Shown one piece after another: positions 22,354 through 36,628 of a stretch of 64,000 nucleotides of DNA. The notes under the pieces are model-generated. The model worked only from the letters and a program-made list of their open reading frames with translations. It had not been told where the DNA came from and did no database searches. A program made the translations under genes and the position numbers. Location of the stretch: contig NC_068984.1 of assembly GCF_001194135.2 (NCBI RefSeq), positions 26,289,954 through 26,353,953 of the forward strand. The letters are read 5' to 3'. How positions within the stretch are numbered: the stretch's first letter is position 1; every line of letters starts with the position of its first letter. This stretch comes from Octopus bimaculoides. Taxonomy: Eukaryota.

Positions 22354-23089
22354 TGTTTTGCATTATATTGATATTTTCTCATGTTACAATGAAATTGTTC
22401 TGAATGTGGTAAAGCATTATAGTATAATGTATAAATGCGCGCACACACACACAAAAACTCACACAAAGTGTGTAGTGGGGTCGACTTCAAAGTTGATGGT
22501 TGCAAGGAGAGCCTCTTAACTACAAGACCAAACCAATGAATAACAGCTACAAAGTTTATAGTTTGGCTACTTTATTCCACGTACCAAATTACTCAAAGAT
22601 GTAACTATTACTACTACTTGTGAGAAAGGTCTCACCAACTGAGATACCTCAGCATCCGGAATTAAAACCCAGGTCAATGAATCCATTTAAAGAAATATGC
22701 TCCGTCTTAATTTACAGGAGATGAGCGGGGATTCCATAACCAAAACCACGATTTTGTTTGGTTGGTCGAAAGAGAGGATGAAACCTCGGTTCAGGGATAT
22801 AACCACTTACTTATACACGTACATACATACGTACGTGCAACCATACACTCATTCATACATGCATGCATAATACGTACCTACCTACAATCATATATACATA
22901 CATACGTACCTACATAAGTGCATAGATATATACACATACAAGAATTCATACATGTATTCACCCATCTGTCTTACCGTACATAGATGCATATGTATGCATG
23001 TCTGTCTGTCTGTCTGTCTGTCTGTATGTCTATATTTATAAACCTAGTATAGGTTCACTGACTCTCTAGCATTATCGCAAGACGTCAGT

Positions 23090-23575
23090 ATTTTCGGGTT
23101 AATGTCTGGAGTGCAAGAAGGCTACTGGAAGTGAGGCATCCCTCAGCATTTGTGTGATGTGATATAAGACCAGATACGCAAGGAGTGGCATTGAACGTTT
23201 TGGGGATCTTTTGCTTGCACTTAAGATCATGGCGCTTCCTCATTCCTTAGCCTGCGACCCAAGTTGGCACTGGATATCTTGGCCTGGCTTGTCTCTGGAT
23301 CATGACAATAGAGTGGGGAGAGTCTGTCAGGTGCTGTGCAAGCCGTACTGGACCTAAAAATTTTAGGTTGTGCAATTTCCGGTGAGGTGACTAGCTGATT
23401 CCCGATCGAGTAGAAGGGCGCCGTGGCAATATTGGAAGCCGCGGACGCGAACCTGGGTGAATCCGATTGCTGGTGCAATAACCTAATGCTCGGACATTGC
23501 TCGCACTTTGCATTGGCAATGCTCAGTGATGGTCTTCCTCTGTCACGAGTAGACAGTCATGGTCATCATCGTCAT
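23090..23575 (+). mobile_element. Decayed RTE-related 3' fragment
   Basis: 3' end ATGGTCTTCCTCTGTCACGAGTAGACAG (23529-23556) matches the RTE tail at 20905-20932; GC-rich body. Confidence 0.55.
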
Positions 23576-23578
23576 GTT

Positions 23579-23614
<36 letters not shown>

Positions 23615-23729
23615 NNNNNNNNNNNNNNNNNNNNNNNNNNNNNNNNNNNNNNNNNNNNNNNNNNNNNNNNNNNGGAAAAAAGAGTACTCAAATACCAGAG
23701 GTAGAGTAATATGCTTTATTTAAATAAAG

Positions 23730-23795
<66 letters not shown>

Positions 23796-25146
23796 CTTGT
23801 GTGTGTGTGTGTGTGTGTGCGTATGTTTGTGTGTGTGTGCATGTGTTTGTATGTGTGTGTGTGTGTGTAATATCGCCGTCTGATATATAAACACATACAC
23901 GCATATACGTAATAGGCTGATTTGTAGCATTCGCTCCGGCTCATTCATTGCGCAACGATTCAAATGCTGCCGAAGTCATCTTTGCACTTCATCCTTTCTG
24001 AATCGATTAATAAACTACTGAGGTCGATTATTCTTCTCATTCATTCCCACCTACCCCTTCTCTGTCTGTCCGTCAGTCTGTGTGAGTGTGTGTGTGTGTC
24101 TCTCCTCCTCTCTCTCTCTCTCTCTCTCTGTGCTTTTTTCTCTGCCTGAAAGAAATCTATGGAGTTTCGCCCTGGAAGGGGATAGGTACAACAGGTTCTA
24201 AAAAATGCCCAAGACACGATGTATGTCACAGCGGCGCCCCCGAGACTCCATCCGTTAATGTTTCCCTCTCACATACGCATACACATGATATGTAATACAA
24301 TATGATATAATATAATATAATATAATATTTACGTATATATATATATATATGCGTGTGTACGTGTGTGTGTAATAAATATATACGTACATTACCAAATACA
24401 TTCATGTAATAATAACTCAAGCGTTGTATTTCAGTTTCTACCTGCCCACCTTCTAAGTTGAATTGAAATATATCTCTTTTATATACTTATATATTATTTC
24501 ATTTTACTTAAATTTCTTCGTCTACGTATTTCACTGTGTGCATTCATTGAAACATTGAGTACATCCCTTTCTTTCTTTCTTTCTTTCTTTCTTTCTGTCT
24601 TTCTTTCTTTCTTTCTTTCTATTTCTTTCTTTCTTTTTGGTTCATGTTTTGGTCACACATTACGAACACTGAAACGACTTCCACATGCCATGGAAGCACC
24701 AATATTTTACAAGGGCGCTTCAGAAAATTTCCGAACGAAGCATTGAATGTACTCATCTGTATAATCTATATTGCAGATACATTTCTTCAAAAGCGAATTG
24801 GAATTATATAGGTACACACATGATAACATATACGTCCGTGATTATGTATGTATGTACTTATGTACGTCTACGTGTATGTATGTATGTATGTATGTATGTA
24901 TGTATGTATGTATGTATGTATGTATGTATGTTTGTTTGTATGTATGTATGTATGTATGTATGTATGTATGTATGTATCTATGTGTGTGTACACAAACACA
25001 CACACTTATATAGTCTTATACACGTTGTCTTAATTTGTACACTCACAAACATATATGTATGCATGATACATATACATATACGAATATATACTTACACGAA
25101 TATATTAGAACACACATAAACATACACACAGACACTGACATACACA

Positions 25147-25196
<50 letters not shown>

Positions 25197-25225
25197 CATA
25201 TCTTCAAACATACCCACATATATGT

Positions 25226-25261
<36 letters not shown>

Positions 25262-27787
25262 TGTCGGCGTGTGTATTCAGGCATGTGTGTAAGCGTTTTT
25301 GTGTGTGTTTTGAGTGAGTAAATGCTTATGAGTGTGTAAGTGCTGGTGTACGTTTATAAGACGTAAATAAAATTTGGCAACGGATGGTTTGTGAAGGAGA
25401 TAATGCAAAATATGCAAAGAGCAAAGATATATTGAAAATAAATAAGAAAAAAAAATGAGCAACAGATATGTATGTATGCATGTACATATATATATGTGTG
25501 TATGTATATCTATCTATCTATATATGTATATATATTTAGAGAGAGAGAGAGAGAGAGGTGAGGGAGAGAAGGCTAGAGAAAGAGTAAAAAGGAAATATTA
25601 AATCGAATGATACGCTCCTTCACCCCCCTTTTCTCTCTTCTAAGAGAAAAATGGAAAAGTCGTTTTGGTTGCCAAATATGATTTATTAGTGAAGTATTTA
25701 AAAAAAGATTTTCTGTTATTTTTGCTATTTTTAAATTTCTCGCTTTGTTGTTTTTGTTGTGGATTCTGGACAATGCACCGCTCCTTTTTGCCGTTCCGTA
25801 AGTTAAGTAAAACAATGTTGACATTTGCGCGTTTTGGTATTTGTTTTTGTTGATTTTTGCTCCCCGTATTTATGTAAAACTGACTACAATGACAAAGAAG
25901 TGGCCAGTTTCGTTGTTTCTTGCCCCAACAAATTTATATGCATTTTTGAAACTGCCCCGCAAAAGTTTAATCTATAACATCAAACATGATGTCCATGTTG
26001 ACAACCAGTCGACAGGGCATGAGAGAGTAGGAGATGATTCAGAGAGGGTTTAGATTTCTTAACTGCCCTGATGAGATTCACCGAGTGAGTGGAGATCAAC
26101 TGAGAGTTGTGGTGAAGAGAAGACTTAGGTGATACGCATGTGGTAGCACCAAATATCAGAAGACCTGCTGGCCTCAGGGGAGATGAAAGGTATTAACCCT
26201 TTTGCCAAAATTACCTCCTTCATTCACCACTGCTACTACCACTTCTACTACAACCAATAGCCGTCGGCACGACTATATTAACAGTCAATAAGAGTGTTAT
26301 CAGTAGTAACAACAGCAAAAAAGAAAAGCAGTAATAATTGTAGCAATAACAATTATAACAGCACTAATTACAATATCAGTAGTGGAAACCGAAGCAGAGC
26401 CTTCGAAATAAAGCCACAACAGCAATTACAACTCAGTACCGCGATTAACAGAAATCTTCTAGTAGTGCTCTCTCCGCCAGCGAAACAAAATACGCACATT
26501 TGAAGAAATATCCTCTCATATCAGACCTCTCTAACTGTGAGGTTTTGTGCTATTATGCGGCTAAGGCCTAAAGTTCGTCGCAGGAATTCTTTGTCAGGGT
26601 AAAGAAATAAAATTCAGAGGAGGGAAAAGGATTATCACAAGCTGAAAACTGAAAGATTCGACAGGACACCAGAAAACCCGTAAGCCATCCACAGATATCA
26701 TACTACGACGAAAACCACCACCACCACCACCACCATCACTACTACAAGTCCCATCATAATCACCACCACTGCCACCTTCACCAGTGCGACCATCATGATC
26801 ATCACAATAGCAACATCAACAAAAACAGTGAACCTGCAACCACACCACGAGTATGGGGAATAACTTCAGGAAATCTCTTTCATCTTCAATATGATAAACA
26901 CTAACCTTTCTAATCAGAACAAACAAATATTAGTTCTGTGTAGAAAACTCAAACGAGAACCACAGTGGAGAGCAACTCTCATATCTAGGACACTACTATT
27001 GCTATACATAGACATAGTAAACTGCATCCAAAGAAAGATCTCTCTAGTATTGCCATGAAGTCACTCACCTAAATACTCCAACCTAGCCCACATGTATACT
27101 ATCTACCCTCTCTGCTAATACAATACCTTTTGCTGGCTGGTCTCGTACCAGTCCCGCTCGAACACTTTCTGATTACGCGCACACTTTTTCTCGTCAACTA
27201 TACTTGAGCGTTTCTCATCAACCGTCATGAACAGTTGGAACAATTTGAACTCCATGAATTTCATTCTTGAACCTATTTTTCCTGTAGCTGTTTATGTACA
27301 AAATTTCGAGTGGAGCAATAATTTTGTGAGCCATCAAGACTGATGATATGATAGCTTTTCAAGCCATCATCTCACCAACCTTGGTAGTTTAAAATGGACA
27401 TCGACACAATTCCTTCTATCACACGAAACCAATAGAATCAAATTAAAGAAGTATACCGATGCATTTATGTATGTGTATACATTTATTCATACATATTTTC
27501 ATATATATAACTACATACATATAACGTGTAAGAATACGTTAAATAGGGCGTGTAATAGACACGGAGAACTAGTGATCACACCGGACCAGATATCTAAAGT
27601 CTAACGTCGACTGAAAAGTGATAGAATCCAGGCAAATGAGTGTTGGCTACAAGCGATGTACCTGTCGAGCTAACGAAAGTACAATAAAATAGAATAAAAT
27701 AAAAGATAATTAAGCAGAAAATATGGAAAATCAGGAAAACGATAGTGCATAGTAATTCTTCACAGATATGTATACATCCTGAAAGTT

Positions 27788-28145
27788 CATACTTTAATAT
27801 CACAGATGGAAGAGGAGAAAATCCGAGTTTATCTTCGTAGTCGTTCTTCGTGGATAGGTAGGTAAATATTCGGAGAGTTCATACTCAGACCTTACAAATA
27901 AGAGAGTGGAGAATGAAGTTAATTCTTTACAGTTGTTTCTAGGGTTTTGTAGTCAGTAATGTGCATTGTGTGTATATATACATGGAGTAGATTGGTGCTA
28001 ACGAATGTATATAAAATGATGAAAGTATAAATTATATGAACACAAACCGCATCTTCAGAAGGGATATTTACTTATCTATCCACGAAGAACAACTACGAAG
28101 AACTACTCGGATCCTTCTCACTTTTATCTGTGATACTAAAGTATG
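27788..28145. mobile_element. MITE with about 85-bp TIRs
   Basis: CATACTTTAATATCACAGAT...CTTCGTAGTCGTTCTTCGTGGATAG (27788-27870) is the imperfect reverse complement of 28062-28145. Confidence 0.85.
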
Positions 28146-28149
28146 TTCC

Positions 28150-28312
28150 TACTTTTGAGGAGGGGCCAGTCGATTAGATCGACCCCAGTACGCAACTGGT
28201 ACTTAATTTATCGATCCCGAAAGGATGAAAGGCAAAGTCGACCTCGGCGGAATTTGAACTTAGATCGTAAAAGCAGACGAAATACCACTAAGCATTTCGC
28301 CCGGCGTGCTAA
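28150..28312 (-). mobile_element. SINE family D copy
   Basis: GAAAGGATGAAAGGCAAAGTCGACCTCGGCGGAATTTGAACT identical to 3527-3568. Confidence 0.9.
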
Positions 28313-28488
28313 ATTATGAAGAATTATTATAAACTCACTTTTCGATATTCCATTTATTCTGCTTGATGTCATTTATATAATACTCACTTCTGTATAACTG
28401 TTTTACAAATCCTTTGATGCCATTAACAACTGCTTGTCCATCTTCTATTTCAATGTACTTTGATTGCATACATAAACACGTATGTTTG

Positions 28489-28551
<63 letters not shown>

Positions 28552-29149
28552 GGCTAGCTAGCTATATACATGTATACACAGGCACCCCCCTACACACTCT
28601 CACATACACACCCTTCTATGAAAGGTTTATCCTACAGGGCATGCTATATGAAAAATAATAATACATACTTATCTGATCTCTATATAGACTTAAATTAATT
28701 ACAAATCTTTCTAGAAGCTAGTATGACTTAAGGCTGGTGATTATTAGTTCGTAGTGTAACAGGATAAGGCGCTGGTCTCACATATTTAAGCTTGCTTTCT
28801 TTCTTTCCATTTGTAAACTTAGGAACCGTTCTTTTGTTAAATTAATTGTTTTGCACAGATGCACACTAAAAGATATAAGATAAATTAAAAGCAAAAATAC
28901 AAGATGAAATGGAGAATAGACTTGCTAAGAGGAATGTGTAGAGAAAAGAAGAAACGTTTATGTTCTGTTATTGAAAAACTATCTTGAAACAGGTCGAAAA
29001 TAAAGAGAAAGAGATATGGAGGATGAGACAGAAAAATAAAGACTGAATGAAAGATAGATAGGGTGACAGAAAGGCTGAAAAAGGATACGTTAAGTGAAAT
29101 AATAAAGACATTGGAGGTTGAATGCAGAAAGAGTAATCATAGTGAAATG

Positions 29150-29194
<45 letters not shown>

Positions 29195-29321
29195 TTGACT
29201 TATGAAAAAAGAGAATAAGAGAGAAACAGCGAGTGGGAGGGAAAAAAGTAATAGTGGGATAGAAATAAAAGAGTGAACTAATAAAGGTATGTATGTTCTT
29301 TTAGATGTTAATATACATACG

Positions 29322-29393
<72 letters not shown>

Positions 29394-31301
29394 NNNNNNN
29401 NNNNNNNNNNNNNNNNNNNNNNNNNNNNNNNNNNNNNNNNNNNNNNNNNNNNNNNNNNNNNNNNNNNNNNNNNNNNNNNNNNNNNNNNNNNNNNNNNNNN
29501 NNNNNNNNNNNNNNNNNNNNNNNNNNNNNNNNNNNNNNNNNNNNNNNNNNNNNNNNNNNNNNNNNNNNNNNNNNNNNNNNNNNNNNNNNNNNNNNNNNNN
29601 NNNNNNNNNNNNNNNNNNNNNNNNNNNNNNNNNNNNNNNNNNNNNNNNNNNNNNNNNNNNNNNNNNNNNNNNNNNNNNNNNNNNNNNNNNNNNNNNNNNN
29701 NNNNNNNNNNNNNNNNNNNNNNNNNNNNNNNNNNNNNNNNNNNNNNNNNNNNNNNNNNNNNNNNNNNNNNNNNNNNNNNNNNNNNNNNNNNNNNNNNNNN
29801 NNNNNNNNNNNNNNNNNNNNNNNNNNNNNNNNNNNNNNNNNNNNNNNNNNNNNNNNNNNNNNNNNNNNNNNNNNNNNNNNNNNNNNNNNNNNNNNNNNNN
29901 NNNNNNNNNNNNNNNNNNNNNNNNNNNNNNNNNNNNNNNNNNNNNNNNNNNNNNNNNNNNNNNNNNNNNNNNNNNNNNNNNNNNNNNNNNNNNNNNNNNN
30001 NNNNNNNNNNNNNNNNNNNNNNNNNNNNNNNNNNNNNNNNNNNNNNNNNNNNNNNNNNNNNNNNNNNNNNNNNNNNNNNNNNNNNNNNNNNNNNNNNNNN
30101 NNNNNNNNNNNNNNNNNNNNNNNNNNNNNNNNNNNNNNNNNNNNNNNNNNNNNNNNNNNNNNNNNNNNNNNNNNNNNNNNNNNNNNNNNNNNNNNNNNNN
30201 NNNNNNNNNNNNNNNNNNNNNNNNNNNNNNNNNNNNNNNNNNNNNNNNNNNNNNNNNNNNNNNNNNNNNNNNNNNNNNNNNNNNNNNNNNNNNNNNNNTA
30301 TATATATATACATATATATGTGTGTATGCATGTGCGCATGTATATATATATATATGTGGATATGTATGTATGTATGTATACATGTATGCATATGTGAGAG
30401 CAGTTGCACGTAGTAACGTGTGGGATGGATGGTTATCGTTAGTAATATCCAATGAGCCCGCCAATAATATTTATTCTATTTTGCACACCAGACTAACACG
30501 TTGCTATGTCAGGTTGAGTGATATACGATAGGTCCTGAGTATGTTTCACTAACCTCCTACCCTTAGTCGCCTAGCGCTACTGTCTTTGATATTAATCGTT
30601 TTCATAACACAATCTTCCAACGAAGAATATTTATAAACATCTATCGAATTTGATAATTGCCCACAACTTTGATATGTATGTATNNNNNNNNNNGTGACTA
30701 AATACAGGAGCTGACAAGTAAATACCAAATACACAGAGTTGAAACGCTGTTTGGTTTTTCTTTTCAGCGTTGAATATTCACCATCCCACTTCCATTGCAC
30801 AAACACACACACACACACATACACACACAAACACACACACAAACATTCACATACCTCCCTTTTACACACACACACATAAACTGACACAGAGTTGAAGCGC
30901 TGTTTGATTTATCTTTTTCACCGTGAAGTTTCCATCATCCCACTACGAAGTTTGCCATCACTTCTTCCTTCTTTATTCATCTATCACACCTTTCTTTTTC
31001 ATTCATATGTTGTGACGGAGAAGAACACAAAGGTATTATTATAGTAGATAAGGTACAAAACCAAGATTTTAGTTTAATAATTCTTTTACAACCAAACTTG
31101 TGAAAAATCTATCGCGACTAACATCCTTTGACTGCTTCTTTCCTTTAAAAGAATTTTAAAGTTTTCCTTCTTTCTTGTCAGACTTAAGGCCACATAAAGC
31201 TGGCCGTGGCTAAATACAAGAGCTGGTATGTAAATACCAAATACACAGAGTTGAAACGCTGTTTGATTTATTTTGTTCTCTCTCTCTCTCTCTCTCTCTC
31301 T

Positions 31302-31342
<41 letters not shown>

Positions 31343-32270
31343 NNNNNNNNNNNNNNNNNNNNNNNNNNNNNNNNNNNNNNNNNNNNNNNNNNNNNNNNNN
31401 NNNNNNNNNNNNNNNNNNNNNNNNNNNNNNNNNNNNNNNNNNNNNNNNNNNNNNNNNNNNNNNNNNNNNNNNNNNNNNNNNNNNNNNNNNNNNNNNNNNN
31501 NNNNNNNNNNNNNNNNNNNNNNNNNNNNNNNNNNNNNNNNNNNNNNNNNNNNNNNNNNNNNNNNNNNNNNNNNNNNNNNNNNNNNNNNNNNNNNNNNNNN
31601 NNNNNNNNNNNNNNNNNNNNNNNNNNNNNNNNNNNNNNNNNNNNNNNNNNNNNNNNNNNNNNNNNNNNNNNNNNNNNNNNNNNNNNNNNNNNNNNNNNNN
31701 NNNNNNNNNNNNNNNNNNNNNNNNNNNNNNNNNNNNNNNNNNNNNNNNNNNNNNNNNNNNNNNNNNNNNNNNNNNNNNNNNNNNNNNNNNNNNNNNNNNN
31801 NNNNNNNNNNNNNNNNNNNNNNNNNNNNNNNNNNNNNNNNNNNNNNNNNNNNNNNNNNNNNNNNNNNNNNNNNNNNNNNNNNNNNNNNNNNNNNNNNNNN
31901 NNNNNNNNNNNNNNNNNNNNNNNNNNNNNNNNNNNNNNNNNNNNNNNNNNNNNNNNNNNNNNNNNNNNNNNNNNNNNNNNNNNNNNNNNNNNNNNNNNNN
32001 NNNNNNNNNNNNNNNNNNNNNNNNNNNNNNNNNNNNNNNNNNNNNNNNNNNNNNNNNNNNNNNNNNNNNNNNNNNNNNNNNNNNNNNNNNNNNNNNNNNN
32101 NNNNNNNNNNNNNNNNNNNNNNNNNNNNNNNNNNNNNNNNNNNNNNNNNNNNNNNNNNNNNNNNNNNNNNNNNNNNNNNNNNNNNNNNNNNNNNNNNNNN
32201 NNNNNNNNNNNNNNNNNNNNNNNNNNNNNNNNNNNNNNNNNNNNNNNNNNNNNNNNNNNNNNNNNNNNNN

Positions 32271-32306
<36 letters not shown>

Positions 32307-32774
32307 ACGTGTTAATTTTCGTTCAGTACACGAAGCTGTTTTGATGAAATTCGTCGGAAAGTTTGTAAATGTTTATTTTCATCATTGCGAGCAATTTCTG
32401 TATCCGCCTTTGTTCAAACAAGTCGTGTCAAGACCGTTAGCGCCACCTGCACATACATGTGTTGTTCTCTGATAATTACCTGTGAGCATGGCACACTGCC
32501 ATCGACATTTATCTCCTCATTAACACTGAACTGGGTACACACCCTCGCCAAAATTAATATTGCGGTCACTGTTATCATTGCAGCTGGTGTCGTAAGGGAT
32601 TTTGTGTGTATGTGTGTGTGTGTGTTTGTGTATTTGCGCATGCGCATTTGTAGATCTGTGAGTTTTTGTTGTGGTTGTTTTTTATTGTTATATTATCATT
32701 ATAGTTGTAGGGTTCTTTTGTTTTATTCCTCTGTAATTTCTTTCTGTATGTACGTGGTGCTTGTGTGTGTGTGT

Positions 32775-32820
<46 letters not shown>

Positions 32821-32992
32821 CTGTGCGACATGCTTCTTTAAATTAATTCCCCACCCCATTTTACTTTCATCGGCCCTTTAGTTCTGAATAAGACAGATTG
32901 AAACTTTCAATAGCATGTCTCATTGTACATATTTCCACTCTGTCATTTGACAAGTGACTCCTGATTCGCCATCATCATCATCATCATCATCA

Positions 32993-33029
<37 letters not shown>

Positions 33030-34339
33030 CACCACCACCACTAAAACCNNNNNNNNNNNNNNNNNNNNNNNNNNNNNNNNNNNNNNNNNNNNNNNCACCA
33101 AAACCACCACCACCACCACCATTGCTGTCTCTCTTCAACCGCCATTTAATTTTTCTTTGCTGCAATTCGTGATATAATAATTTAGTTTACTTTCTCTAAA
33201 ACTCACTTACTCTCACCTTTATGCTGTCGATCGACCTGAAATATAGCACGCGAATGTCCTTCAAATCAGCCTCTGTATTCGGGATGAGGAGAAAGTACTC
33301 ATGGAATAGTCGTATTGTCTGGAAATAATGACTGGATAGTCACGACTGGAACACTTTTAGAGAAAGTTTGTTTGATCAGTGCTGACCATGGAATTAACGT
33401 GGTGGGTGCAAACTGTAGCTAAAAATCTTGCTAGGTAGCCATGAGGTCATTGGGAAACTGTTTTTTATCACAACAGGGTTTCGCTAAATATCGTAAGTAG
33501 AAATTGGTAGGTAGAAACTGTAGAACTGGAGATACTCCAGATATTTGTGTGGGTCTCCTTCATGCGCAGTTTCTGTGTATATTATGTAAGTGAATATCTT
33601 TCAGCTGATATTTAGCCGGAAAAGTTGTAAACATTGGCGAGAAAAAATAGAATACCGGTTTTTGATATTGGTTCGGTATCGAATTACGGACACACCTTTG
33701 GCATTGTTACGGACACACCTTTGGCAATGTAGTGATTGATCCGTTGGAAACCTGTAACCACCGATGCTATTTTTCATCAATAGCAATTTAATAAACAATA
33801 AACAAACAAAAGCTAAGAAATAAGTAATGAAATTTAGAACATAAAACTTTTAAACTCTTTTCTGTTCTACAAAACGTAGTTTAACCACTCTGATTACGTT
33901 GATGTTTGCAATATCCGCGTTGATCCCAACTCATAAAACCATGGACTTGTAACTTATCCTTTTCGTCCATGAGATTTTCATAATGCATCATAATAATACA
34001 TTAAACCCCACAAAAATAAAATAATTTTAATGTTTTCCTCCTTGACGCAATAAAATGGATTAACACGTAATTTTAGTGTTTATAAAGAGAAGTTTTAATT
34101 TTACAGTGAGCAATTTTTCATTCGTACGATAACGGTCCTGGTGTGGTGTATTTACAAACGTTGACCCGGAAAAACAATAAGAGATGACCACTTGTAAGTA
34201 ACTCACCTGCCTCTTTGGAAGGTGTTCGCATGTAAATTATGGATAACACTTGAGAAACAAGGCTTTTTAGTTTAAATGAGAGGATTTTACTGTAACGCAT
34301 TTAAATTTGAATTATGCACAATTAAATTCGAAACTTTGT

Positions 34340-34640
34340 GTATGTGTGTGTGCACGCGCACGCGTACGCGTGTGCGTTTCTGTGTTTGAAGGCCTTTTCC
34401 TGCTTTATATATTTTACTGCTCATTCCGATATTTTGCCCTTTTCAGTTATGCTTCCTGCCTCTAAAAGGGTGTTGGTGTTTGCTGCGTTACTTTCTTGCA
34501 TCTGGAATAGATAGAGTGTTTGGTTGCTGACTTCTACGACCGGGCAGGAAGCGACTTCCTCTGACACTTCCGGAACTGAGAATTGTGGTGCTCTGAAAAT
34601 GCTGTCGACTTCTCCCTCCGCCTTTCCGTCTTACACTTTT
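34340..34640. promoter_or_regulatory. Putative promoter-like patch
   Basis: Locally GC/CpG-richer unique DNA with clustered ETS-type motifs (CAGGAAG, ACTTCCT, CACTTCCGG at about 34544-34573) and a CACGCGTACGCGTG palindrome; motif evidence only. Confidence 0.25.
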
Positions 34641-35667
34641 GTCCACCACCTCGGGAGAAAGATTCTCAATTGGTTTTTGCTATCACAACTGTAACAACTA
34701 AGCTTTCTGCTTTGCACTATCAGTTTTATGTCCTTCGTTTCTGCATCCCCAAGAAAACACAGCTCAAGTATGACGGGTCCCCCTTGACTAAATATCCTCC
34801 CTTTACATTGACCAGTCAATAATACTGTGACAAAAGAGTGACAATGAACCAAGAACCAATATCGTTGCAAATACCCCTGACTGTTACCCCTATATTTCTC
34901 TGCTCCAAATATTGGAGCACAAGTATATGGTTAGGCATATCCGTTATTATTTCAGCCTGTATGGAGGTTGAGTTTTTTTACCCAAAACCTATAAAGACAG
35001 TTCCGTAACCCTAACATGCACAATGGAAAGAATTTCACTTGATATACGTGAAAGTCTTCTTTCAATTGTTGTTTTGAAAGCAACTGAATATCTTCATCAT
35101 TTTTCGGGATGCAAAGATAGATGACTTTTACCTTGTTAATTCATATAGATACTGCACAGTCGAGGAAAGATTGTGTGGCTTAAACTGACTTTTTCTTTTC
35201 CATGAGTTTAGTTATATCAAGTATTTCTGCTGAAATAATATGCATGACTATTATTTCACTTGGCGGTGTAAGTGTGTATATGAATGTCGTCGTTGTTGTT
35301 AACACAAAGTAACAATACACAAAATAGCGGGGTTTTTTGTTTTCATGAAGATATAAGTTTTTATCTTCTTCTAAAACGTGTGTGTTCTGATTTACATTAT
35401 TTTCTTGCACTTTTGCATGTGTGTTTTGTGAGTGTGATACTCTTGGTGTTGATTTTTTTGTTTTACGGGTAGGCGTGGCTGGATATTTTTTCAGTATGTA
35501 GACAGAGTAAAGGAACTATCATTTGTCTGATAATATAAAAAAAAACCACTCTTTCATGCAGTTTCATGAGGGAAAATCCTTCACTTCTTGGGGTGATTCG
35601 AAAACTTGTCAGACTACGGTATTTATGAATAACAAGAAGAAAAAAAAGAAGAAAAAGAAGAACAACA

Positions 35668-35733
<66 letters not shown>

Positions 35734-35738
35734 GCAAT

Positions 35739-35854
35739 AAAAACATTTTCAATACAGTAACCTTAAGAGCATCGCAGCAAACCACAGCACATACCCAAGG
35801 CACAAAGAGCTGCGCTCGATAGTGAAGTGAAAGCACGCGATAAAGATAAAACTA

Positions 35855-35858
<4 letters not shown>
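35739..35858 (+). mobile_element. RLE non-LTR 3' terminal fragment, lineage 2
   Basis: AAAACATTTTCAATACAGTAACC...GTGAAGTGAAAGCACG...AAAACTACTGAAT is the reverse complement of the 5869-5990 3' UTR; (AAT)n on both sides. Confidence 0.85.
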
Positions 35859-35902
<44 letters not shown>

Positions 35903-36050
35903 CCTTTCTACTACAGCCACAACGCCTGAAATTTTCGGGGAGGGGATCAGTCGATTACATCGACCCCAGTGGGTAATTCGTACTTAATTCATCGATCTCA
36001 AAAGGATGAACGGCAAAGTCGACCCTGGCTGCATTTGAACTCAGAACAAG
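35903..36050 (-). mobile_element. SINE family D, truncated
   Basis: AGTCGATTACATCGACCCCAGT, GGATGAACGGCAAAGTCGACC; its tail joins the (AAT)n at 35859-35902. Confidence 0.8.
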
Positions 36051-36082
36051 ACAGTCGAAATAATAATAACAATAATGATAAT

Positions 36083-36615
36083 GAACCAGAAGTAGTCACC
36101 GACGACAATTGATATAAAATATTCTACAATCTAGTGATTTCCTAATCGATGCTCGGAGGCCAGATGTTGTGGTAGATAAAGGAAGAAAGGAAACCAAGAT
36201 TATAGATATTGCAATACCTGGGGTTGCATATATAAGTGACAAAGTACTAGAAAAGATTGAAAGGTACAGACCACTAAAAAACGAAATTGCAAGAATGTGG
36301 ACTATGAGGAGAGTCTATGTTATCTCAGTAATTGCAGGGGCACTGGGAGCACTAAGAACCAAGTTCGAGAAATATGTCAGAGAAATCGGAATTGACATGA
36401 GAGCAGAACAAACCCATAAAACTGCTCTGCTGGGGACAGCTAGGATTTTGAGATTGGTACTTGGGTGTTGAATGTCTTCTACAAGAATTAACAACCAAAT
36501 ATCAAAGCTTATAATGTGCGGAAAGAGACCCTGTGAGACCTCTGACAACACGCTGATGTCCACTCTCACAGAATCAACCAGAGCAAACAAGACCGAGCGC
36601 TCTGAGAAGTAAAAC
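36083..36615 (+). mobile_element. 5'-truncated RLE non-LTR retrotransposon, lineage 3
   Basis: RRPDVVVDKGRKETKIIDIAIPG...KVLEKIERYRPLKNEIARMW...GALG...KTALLGTARILRLVLGC*; distinct 3' UTR; (AAT)n on both sides. Confidence 0.9.
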
Positions 36616-36628
36616 AATAATAATAATA

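Noticed and set aside
33684-33726. 20-bp direct repeat (period 23), CRISPR-like at a glance
   Set aside because: Only two units, 3-bp spacer, eukaryotic context, no cas genes; a local tandem duplication.
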